DNA of 37,367 bases, from positions 1 through 37,367 of the forward strand of contig JBHHVM010000002.1 of the NCBI GenBank assembly GCA_046754265.1. Reading direction: 5' to 3'. The stretch comes from Phycisphaerae bacterium (GTDB lineage: Bacteria; Planctomycetota; Phycisphaerae; UBA1845). The notes beneath the pieces were generated by a model. That model did not search any database. It was not told the DNA's origin and saw only the letters and a list, made by a program, of their open reading frames with translations. Each line of letters opens with the position of its first letter. The first letter of the stretch is position 1. The position numbers were made by a program, and so were the translations under genes. Positions 8,881 to 16,301 of this stretch are shown one piece after another.

Positions 8881-9861
8881 TTAATAACACCAGGACGGGA
8901 AACTAGCGTTGTTTCCCGGGCCCTGAAGACATTCGTTAAAATTGGCCGTGTCCAAGTCGTCGAAAGCGGCATTGCGATTCGCATCCAGCGAGGCACAGCC
9001 CACATCGGTCGGAACACCTGGAAAACAATTCTGGAGTACCCGGAAATCACCCAGGTCCACGTCATTGTCGGAATCCTTGTCGGCCCATAACACCGGCGGG
9101 GTTCCAATCAGCGTGATTTCATCAAAATGGATGATGTTGACGTTCTGTGACGTGGGGCCCGGGCGCCAGATCATGCGAATGGCTTTGATGTCAGCCAAGT
9201 TCAGGGGATCGTTGCCGGCCACCGCATCGTTGTCAAACCCGTCGTCCAGTGCGGCAAAATGGATGGTCACCGTCTCCCATTGCTCGAGCCCGTTGGGCTG
9301 GAATCGCCGGTCAATCCACGGCTTGCCCGGGATATCAGCCGGGACCACGGCCACCGTGTCGCCATCGTCAGGCGCAGGTGGCGGATCCGAATCAATCAAC
9401 TGAAACTGCATGCGTACACCGGGCGTGCCCTGGGTGGCCGGCGGAAAATCGCCCGGGGGCAGTTCCAGCATCACGCGCATGCTGATGCCGGTCCCCTGAC
9501 TCAAGTCCAGATTGATATCGGCGATGCCCGAGCCTTGTGGGCCGCACAGAGGTTGGCCCGGAGGAAACGGTCCAATGCCCACGCCATGGCCCAGGAACGG
9601 CCCCCCCGGCACCAGCCAGTCACCGGTGTGAAACGCCCCGTTGCCGTCTTCTGAGACCACACCTGTGCCGGACGGATCCGCTCCAAAATCCGTCGTCGGG
9701 GTCCCGAAGAAATTCCAATTATCCGGGTCGCAACCATTCGAGTTGATATCAAAATCGAATAGCACCGTGCCCACCGGTACCTGGGCGTGAGCCTGCCGTA
9801 CGCCCCCTACGGTCAGGACTGCGGTTGCCACAACCATGGCGATTCCTAGCCGGCTATCCAT
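8881..9861 (-). CDS. Secreted CBM-like module protein with C-terminal dockerin-like repeat pair
   Basis: ORF 8881-9915. The start at 9861 (MDSRLGIAMVVATAVLTVGGVRQAHA) has a strong SD, GGAGG, 6 nt upstream. N-terminal VLFDFDINSNGCDPDNWNFFGTPTTDFG...GNGAFHTGDW is homologous to the N-terminus of ORF 3933-5735. C-terminal repeats are DKDSDNDVDLGDFRVLQNCFPG and DANRNAAFDDLDTANFNECLQGPG. Confidence 0.75.
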   Translation of the reverse strand: MDSRLGIAMVVATAVLTVGGVRQAHAQVPVGTVLFDFDINSNGCDPDNWNFFGTPTTDFGADPSGTGVVSEDGNGAFHTGDWLVPGGPFLGHGVGIGPFPPGQPLCGPQGSGIADINLDLSQGTGISMRVMLELPPGDFPPATQGTPGVRMQFQLIDSDPPPAPDDGDTVAVVPADIPGKPWIDRRFQPNGLEQWETVTIHFAALDDGFDNDAVAGNDPLNLADIKAIRMIWRPGPTSQNVNIIHFDEITLIGTPPVLWADKDSDNDVDLGDFRVLQNCFPGVPTDVGCASLDANRNAAFDDLDTANFNECLQGPGNNASFPSWCY

Positions 9862-9918
9862 AATGCCCCTCCTCTTGTCTTGCTTGACAATGCCTCGGGC
9901 CCATCGAGGCCACACGGA

Positions 9919-11052
9919 TCATGACCAACGAGGCAATCGGAACACTCGTTGCAATGTCGGCACCACGGCACCGCATACGATGCCGTATTCTCCCAACGTC
10001 GAGGGAACCAGACGAGTGGTTCCGGGACTGCAAGAAAGTTTGTGCTGTTCCAGTATCTTCCCGAGTCGCTCCATAATCATCGCTTGAAAGGCCGCCACGT
10101 CGGAACCAATAACCAGCAAGCCCGGCTCCAACAGGTTGATGGTGTGAACAACCAGGGTAGATAAATCGGAAATGGTGCGATTCAAGGCTGCGACAGCCTT
10201 GGGATCCTGGCTTTCCACGTCACCGATAAAGCCTGCGACATCCAGTCCTCCCTCGGGGCCTGAGCCCTGGGCGCGGACCGCCGGATGAACGATGGGCACG
10301 GTGATTTCGCCAGCCGCACCAAACTCACCGTGATAAGGCTCGCCGTTCACGATGATACCGGCGCCGATGCCCACCACACCGTGCGACGCATCCATGAATC
10401 GAAGATTCAAAAAGACCAGGCTCTTGATGCCCCGTGCTCCCCCAAGAAAGCTCGCGGCCATTCCGCCCGCCAGTGAGTCGTTCACCACATCGGTAGTAGT
10501 CTGCCAACGGGCTTCACACATTTCACGAAAATGAACGTCGTGCCAATCGAATGGCTTGCTCCAGCGAACGATGCCCTCAGCCCCATGCACATCGCCGGGT
10601 AGTGCCACACCCACGCCCAACATCTCGGATTGTTCAATCCCCATCTCGGTCAGGATTTGCTTGCGAATGTCATCTACCCGGTCCAGGGTCCGTTCGGGCA
10701 TAGCAGGGGAAAACGGCTCGCGAATCTGGGCGAGCAAGCTACCACTCAAGTCACATACGCCCGCCAGGATTGCCGTCTCGGTGATCTCAAAACCCAGCGC
10801 CTGAGCCACGCCGCGCCTCAATGCCACCATACGTGGTGCCCTCCCGCCCCTGGTCTTGCCAGCCCCGATCTCCTCCACCAGGCCTTCATCGAGAAGTTGA
10901 TTGACCACCGCCCCCACCGTCGGGGGACGGATCCGTGTCAACTCCGCCAATTCGGCACGGGAAACAGCCCCGTTTTTTCTGATCCTTTCCAAGACCAACT
11001 GGCGGTTGACCACTCGGCTGAGCTGCGGTTTTCCTGTCAGCATATTTGGCAT
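9919..11052 (-). CDS. ROK-family transcriptional regulator (NagC/XylR-like)
   Basis: N-terminal wHTH NRQLVLERIRKNGAVSRAELAELTRIRPPTVGAVVNQLLDEGLVEE followed by a ROK sugar-kinase-like fold (GVALPGDV, GIGAGIIVNGEPYHGEFGAAGE). The ORF-track start at 11088 would use AT-rich, atypical codons, so I prefer ATG 11052 (MPNMLTGK) or 11043. Confidence 0.85.
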   Translation of the reverse strand: MPNMLTGKPQLSRVVNRQLVLERIRKNGAVSRAELAELTRIRPPTVGAVVNQLLDEGLVEEIGAGKTRGGRAPRMVALRRGVAQALGFEITETAILAGVCDLSGSLLAQIREPFSPAMPERTLDRVDDIRKQILTEMGIEQSEMLGVGVALPGDVHGAEGIVRWSKPFDWHDVHFREMCEARWQTTTDVVNDSLAGGMAASFLGGARGIKSLVFLNLRFMDASHGVVGIGAGIIVNGEPYHGEFGAAGEITVPIVHPAVRAQGSGPEGGLDVAGFIGDVESQDPKAVAALNRTISDLSTLVVHTINLLEPGLLVIGSDVAAFQAMIMERLGKILEQHKLSCSPGTTRLVPSTLGEYGIVCGAVVPTLQRVFRLPRWS

Positions 11053-11063
11053 AGAAACAATCT

Positions 11064-11083
11064 TAATAAAGGAGTATAATAAA
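11064..11083. promoter_or_regulatory. AT-rich patch with direct TAATAAA repeats and a perfect TATAAT hexamer in the ROK/GH94 divergent region
   Basis: TAATAAA at 11064-11070 and 11077-11083, separated by 6 nt. TATAAT on the + strand at 11075-11080. This is a conspicuous AT island in an otherwise GC-rich window, immediately upstream of the preferred ROK start. Confidence 0.25.
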
Positions 11084-11374
11084 CTCAATGGCCTACGGAA
11101 AAAAAATCGAAGATTGCACGAAAAGATGCGTTCGGGACCAATAGGCCCCTGATTGACGTGTTTCTGAGGTGGAACAAGCGCCGAAAATGACAGAGAATCC
11201 TCTGATGATGCGACGGGGTTTGAATCTACTCCCCTGGCTTCCCACGGCAGATTTGGGCAAAACCGTCATGCAACGAAGGCTGATTTCAATATCCCCAATC
11301 ACCCATATTGCCCATTGTGTTGCCTGCGCTCTGGTTCGTGGGGGGATTTGCTGAGTTAATTGGGATGAACGCAC

Positions 11375-14248
11375 ATGACCCCACACGAAACGCAATTGGC
11401 TGAATCTGCAGGACCGCCCGCTGAATCCCGGGTCGGCCCCAAGAGCCTGACGCGCCCGGATGGGCTGCGGGATGAACTGGAGCGCATCTCTCATCTGGTT
11501 GGACAGGCCAAAACCGAAATGGCCAACGGTGTGACCCACATGATGCCGGGGCAAGCGTGCTTTTTGGCGGATGGCCGGGTGATGTGCCGTGAGCGAGAGC
11601 GGGGCGACAGCCGATTCCCCTACGGAAAGGGTGGATTCAACTTCTGGGCCTATGCTTCGGGGCGGATGCACTGCAATGACGGGCTGTTTTTCGTGTTCTT
11701 GCCGACTCGCGGTGGGCAAGAGCCACCGGTCGCCTTTTTTGCCGGGACTCGCGCTGAGGCCAACGAGTCGTTTGAGAGCGTTTCGTTGCTTCCGGTGCCA
11801 TTCCTGGAAGGGAGCGAGCCTTCGGTCGAAGATCGCTATGCGATTATTGGACCGGACGCGGTGTATTACATCACCAAGACTCAAGATCTCTTCTCAGCCG
11901 TACGCGTGTTTCTGGATCAATCGCAGGCCAGCAGCACGCACATCTGTTTCACTGTATACCTTCAGAACTTGTCCAAACGCTCGCTGGATACGTTCACTTC
12001 GGCCTATATGAACCCGTTGTGCCGTCATCAGTTCATGGAGACGAACGAGGATCAGTGGTTTAAGAAGATCCAAGTAGACCCGTCCGCTGCTTTGATGGCC
12101 ATGGATCCCCAAGAGCACGCCATAAATGCAGGACGATCACTTCCTCCTTTTGTCGTGGAAGTCAATGAAGACGGTAAACGCGACAACTCAAGCCTAAACC
12201 ACGCGGTTGTCCGGCGGGCCATCGAGATGCGATCGGTCGAGACTGGTCACGCCTTGACGCTGACGGTCGCGGGTTTAGCCGACCAAATGCTGGGAAGAAA
12301 GCGCCCCCAGCGCGGAATGTTGCATTGCCAGGTATGCACGGCCCGGCTGAGCTACGTCGGATGCGCCCGCCGGACCCTGGGCACAGCCAGGTTCCTTCGC
12401 ACCGGACAGTTCGATGGCAACGTCCCGGTGACGGTTTTCAACGACAATGCGGTGATCGGTGATTTGTGCCGATTTGATCTTCTCCCGAACCATTTCGTAC
12501 GTGTGGACTACGTCTTATCGATTCCGAGCAGTGCCGACCAAGAGGAACTGGACTTCTTGCAACCCGTCGGTGCTAGGACAATCGACCTAGCGTATCAACG
12601 GATTCGCAAGCAGTCCACAGGAATTGTAAACGGGCTGCAAATGCGAGTCAGCGGCTCTTCACTGGGCGGGCTGGATGACAAGACCTTCAACCATTTCTTT
12701 CCGCTGCTCAAAGCCCAGGTAGCGCTGTGTGCCGAAACCAAAGGCTTCATGCATCCCTCTCCCAACTCGTTAATCGGAATGCGCGACGTATTCCAGGCCA
12801 TCGAGGGGCATTTGCTAAGCGACTCGGAGGCAGCCAAGCGAAAGATACTTGAAGCCCTGGGTTTTGTGATGCCCGACGGTCAATGCCCGCGGCAATACTC
12901 CCTGCCTGCTAGGAATGGCCCGTGCAAGGCAGACCTGCGGGAGTTCATTGACCAAGGTGCCTGGGTCATATCGACGGTTTACACCTATCTCGCCACCACA
13001 GGAGATTGGCCAATACTGGATGAAATCGTGGGCTACCACCGCATCGACGGGCAGAACGGCGATGCTTTGGAACCGACAAGGGAACGGGACTCGGTGGCCG
13101 ATCATCTGGTCCGCATCATGGACTACCTCTTGAAACACCGCGACTCGGCCACGGGACTCGTGTTGGCCTTGTACGGCGATTGGAACGATGCACTGGACGG
13201 ACTGGGCGTTCCCTCTCGATCTTGCACGCGCTTCGGCAACGGCGTGAGCGTCATGGCCAGTTTACAGGTGTATCGAAACTGCAGGGAAATGATCGAAGTG
13301 CTGTCGCGATATGGACCGGACGAATACGCATCCTTGATCGAACAGTACCGCCTCGCGCGGGAAGGGCTTCGCCGGGGCTTGCAAGAGCACGCCGTTGTGG
13401 AGCGAGACGGAAGCCGCCGTATTGTGCATGGCTGGGGTGACAACCGAGAATACTTGATCTGCAGCTTTGAAGACAGCGACGGGAAAGCTCGTGACGGACT
13501 GACATCCAATGCGTTCTGGGTTCTGTCCGGATTGTTGCAAGACACTCAGGACGATCTCAAGCCCGAGATCCTGAAAGCGATGCGCCGACTGGATTCCTCG
13601 TTTGGATTGCGAACCTTCGCCCCCGGATTCTCTCCGGACGCCCCGGGCGTCGGTCGTATCGCCAAGCTGCCTATCGGAACGGCCGAGAACGGGGCCACCT
13701 ACGTCCACGCCACCACCTTCGGAATCATGGCCCTTTTCATGATGGACGAACCGGAATTCGCGTGGGAGCAGGTACTCAAGATTCTTCCTTTCGCTCCGCA
13801 TCAGCAGGGGATCAGCCACTCTCCGTTTGTGATGCCCAACGCCTATGCGTTCAACCCCGAACTCAATCTCGGCGGGCAGAACATGAACGACTGGCAGACG
13901 GGCAGCTCGAACGTCCTCTTGAAGACGTTGGTCCGGCACGCCTTCGGATTCCGACCTGGTTTCGACGCCCTGCGGATCGTGCCGGCTGCCTGGTCGCCGT
14001 TTCAGCGCATGGAGTTGTCGGCGTGGGCTCACCGTCGGCCCATCAGAATCGTGCGTACTCAGGGTGAAGCGAAGGAAAGGCGTTTCGCCGTCAACGGCCG
14101 ACCGGCGGAGAAGCAGTACCTGGTAGGGTTCGGCACCTCGATGAGCCTGGAGATCCGTTATACCGAGCTCTCCAAAGAATGTGAAAATCTCATCGAGATT
14201 CGTGACCCCGATTCATCACCTCTAACCTGCAAGACGAACCATGATTAA
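11375..14248 (+). CDS. GH94-like glycoside phosphorylase (cellobiose/chitobiose-phosphorylase superfamily)
   Basis: 957-aa ORF. The catalytic-domain hallmark LALYGDWNDALDGLG matches the GDWND acid motif of GH94-type (alpha/alpha)6 phosphorylases. It also has ENGATYVHATTFGIMALFM (phosphate-site His region) and QNMNDWQTGSSNVLLK. Its stop overlaps the next gene's start by 8 nt. Confidence 0.75.
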   Translation: MTPHETQLAESAGPPAESRVGPKSLTRPDGLRDELERISHLVGQAKTEMANGVTHMMPGQACFLADGRVMCRERERGDSRFPYGKGGFNFWAYASGRMHCNDGLFFVFLPTRGGQEPPVAFFAGTRAEANESFESVSLLPVPFLEGSEPSVEDRYAIIGPDAVYYITKTQDLFSAVRVFLDQSQASSTHICFTVYLQNLSKRSLDTFTSAYMNPLCRHQFMETNEDQWFKKIQVDPSAALMAMDPQEHAINAGRSLPPFVVEVNEDGKRDNSSLNHAVVRRAIEMRSVETGHALTLTVAGLADQMLGRKRPQRGMLHCQVCTARLSYVGCARRTLGTARFLRTGQFDGNVPVTVFNDNAVIGDLCRFDLLPNHFVRVDYVLSIPSSADQEELDFLQPVGARTIDLAYQRIRKQSTGIVNGLQMRVSGSSLGGLDDKTFNHFFPLLKAQVALCAETKGFMHPSPNSLIGMRDVFQAIEGHLLSDSEAAKRKILEALGFVMPDGQCPRQYSLPARNGPCKADLREFIDQGAWVISTVYTYLATTGDWPILDEIVGYHRIDGQNGDALEPTRERDSVADHLVRIMDYLLKHRDSATGLVLALYGDWNDALDGLGVPSRSCTRFGNGVSVMASLQVYRNCREMIEVLSRYGPDEYASLIEQYRLAREGLRRGLQEHAVVERDGSRRIVHGWGDNREYLICSFEDSDGKARDGLTSNAFWVLSGLLQDTQDDLKPEILKAMRRLDSSFGLRTFAPGFSPDAPGVGRIAKLPIGTAENGATYVHATTFGIMALFMMDEPEFAWEQVLKILPFAPHQQGISHSPFVMPNAYAFNPELNLGGQNMNDWQTGSSNVLLKTLVRHAFGFRPGFDALRIVPAAWSPFQRMELSAWAHRRPIRIVRTQGEAKERRFAVNGRPAEKQYLVGFGTSMSLEIRYTELSKECENLIEIRDPDSSPLTCKTNHD

Positions 14249-16106
14249 GACAACGGCCCACCGATCGTTGGAACGCATCGCGACACAGGTCTATGCTTCG
14301 GATCACGAGGCGTGTGCAGCCGTCGGACAGCGGATCGCGGATCTGATCGCCCAACGAAATGCTGAGTGCAAAGCCACCGTACTGGGGCTCGCCACCGGGC
14401 ACACACCCATCGGTGTGTATCGAGAGCTCATCGGCCACCACGAGCGAGGCCTGGATTTCTCGAGAGTGATTACCTTCAACCTGGACGAGTATTACCCCAT
14501 GGCGCCCGGAGGGCTACAGAGCTACCGTCGCTGGATGTGGGAGAATCTCTTCGAACACGTCAACGTGCGCCAAGACAACGTCCATATCCCAGATGGCACC
14601 ATTGAACCTGAGCGGGTGGTCCAGTATTGCGCCGATTTTGAGCGCAAGATTGCCGAGGCTGGCGGTATTGATGTCCAACTGTTGGGCATCGGCCGGACGG
14701 GGCACGTCGGCTTTAACGAACCGGGCTCGTCCATCGTATCCCGGACGCGGCGCATCGCACTGGATCCGATCACGCGCCGGGACGCTGCATCCGACTTCTT
14801 TGGCGAGTCGAGCGTGCCACGTGAGGCCATCACCATGGGTATCGGTACCATCCTCGAGGCCAACGAGGTGGTTCTACTGGCTTTCGGTGAGCAAAAAGCG
14901 CCGATCATCCAACGGGCCGTGGAAGGCGAAGTCACCGATTCGGTCCCGGCGACATTTCTTCACGAACATCCCAACGCCCTGGTCGTGCTCGATGAGGCCG
15001 CCGCGGCCAACCTGACACGGATTCAATGCCCTTGGCTGGTGGAGGATCTTGATTGGACAGCTCAACGCGTCAAGCAAGCTGTTGTCTGGCTCAGCCAGAA
15101 AACCAAGACCAGCATCCTCAAATTGGGGCGGGACGATTACGACCGTTGCGGCCTGGCGCCCCTGCTGCGCACACATGAGTCCGTGGACGCGCTCAACCGT
15201 ATGGTGTTCCGCGAACTGGCGGACACCATACGCGGTCGCGCCGGACTACCCCGCGACAAGAACATCCTGGTATTCAGCCCGCATCCGGACGACGACTCCA
15301 TCAGTATGGGCGGCACGATCCACAAACTCGTCCAGAACGCCAACCGCGTTCACGTGGCCTATATGACCAGCGGCAACATCGCCGTATTCGATGATGATGC
15401 CCTGCAAACGGCCGAACTGGTTGGGGCCTTGAATCAAGCATTCGGCTTCGCTGTCGATCACAGCGCCTCGTTCGTAGAAGAGACTCGGTGTTCTTTGGCC
15501 GAGAAAAAAACCGGAGAGCCGGACGCGCCGCCGGTCCAGCGCATCAAATCCTTGATGCGCCGATCGGAGGCCCGGGCGGCCTGCCGCCAGATGGGGGTCG
15601 ACCAGAAACACGTGCATTTCCTGGACATGCCCTTCTATCAGACCGGCCTGGTACGAAAACTCCCCATCTCGTCCGAAGACGTCCGGATCTGCCATGACCT
15701 GATCAAACAGATCAGGCCTCAATGGGTGTTCTTCGCGGGTGAGATGTCGGACCCTCACGGGACGCATCGACTATGCGCCGACGCCGTCATGCGCGCGTTG
15801 TCCGACTTTAGACCCGACACAAAACCCGAAGCCGTCTGGATGTACCGCGGCGCATGGCAGGAATGGGAGCCGGAAGTCGTGGACCTGGTGGTTCCCCTGA
15901 GCAGGGACGAGCTGACTCACAAGATCTTCGGCATTTTCAAGCACGAGTCCCAGAAGGACAAAGCCTTGTTTCCGGGGCCCTACGACGACCGCGAATTCTG
16001 GCAGCGGGCCGAAGCTCGAAACCGGCGCTTCGCCGATCTCTTCGATCAACTCGGGCTTCCGGAATATTTCGCCATGGAAGCGTTCGTCCGCTGGACCGGC
16101 GGATAG
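14241..16106 (+). CDS. nagB: Glucosamine-6-phosphate deaminase (NagB) fused to a C-terminal PIG-L/LmbE-type N-acetylglucosaminyl deacetylase domain
   Basis: N-terminal half has NagB motifs: VLGLATGHTPIGVYREL, FNLDEYYP, QLLGIGRTGHVGFNEPGS. C-terminal half has the LmbE/PIG-L motif ILVFSPHPDDDSISMGGTIHKL plus a second His/Asp block, GEMSDPHGTHR. Confidence 0.85.
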   Translation: MIKTTAHRSLERIATQVYASDHEACAAVGQRIADLIAQRNAECKATVLGLATGHTPIGVYRELIGHHERGLDFSRVITFNLDEYYPMAPGGLQSYRRWMWENLFEHVNVRQDNVHIPDGTIEPERVVQYCADFERKIAEAGGIDVQLLGIGRTGHVGFNEPGSSIVSRTRRIALDPITRRDAASDFFGESSVPREAITMGIGTILEANEVVLLAFGEQKAPIIQRAVEGEVTDSVPATFLHEHPNALVVLDEAAAANLTRIQCPWLVEDLDWTAQRVKQAVVWLSQKTKTSILKLGRDDYDRCGLAPLLRTHESVDALNRMVFRELADTIRGRAGLPRDKNILVFSPHPDDDSISMGGTIHKLVQNANRVHVAYMTSGNIAVFDDDALQTAELVGALNQAFGFAVDHSASFVEETRCSLAEKKTGEPDAPPVQRIKSLMRRSEARAACRQMGVDQKHVHFLDMPFYQTGLVRKLPISSEDVRICHDLIKQIRPQWVFFAGEMSDPHGTHRLCADAVMRALSDFRPDTKPEAVWMYRGAWQEWEPEVVDLVVPLSRDELTHKIFGIFKHESQKDKALFPGPYDDREFWQRAEARNRRFADLFDQLGLPEYFAMEAFVRWTGG

Positions 16107-16221
16107 TCAATGATTTGGAATTGCCGGCGATACCATGGGATGACGCCACCGTTTCGACGACATCGTGCAAGTGCCCATGCCGCAAACACCCGCTCTGTGA
16201 ATCGAATGAACGCGGAGCCTG

Positions 16222-16250
16222 TTGAATCGAGGCGACACCACAACTATGAT
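16222..16250 (+). promoter_or_regulatory. Candidate sigma70-like promoter for the GH16-like gene
   Basis: TTGAAT (16222-16227), 17-nt spacer, TATGAT (16245-16250), about 50 nt upstream of the ATG at 16302. That ATG has its own GGAGG SD 6 nt upstream. Confidence 0.35.
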
Positions 16251-16301
16251 GGTGCGTTGAGCTGACGGGCAAACCCAGTTGCGGAACCTCGGAGGGTTAG
16301 G

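Noticed and set aside
11169-11354. 61-aa ORF in the ROK/GH94 intergenic region.
   Set aside because: No SD, no conserved features, and it lies in what looks like promoter/operator DNA, so it is probably non-coding.
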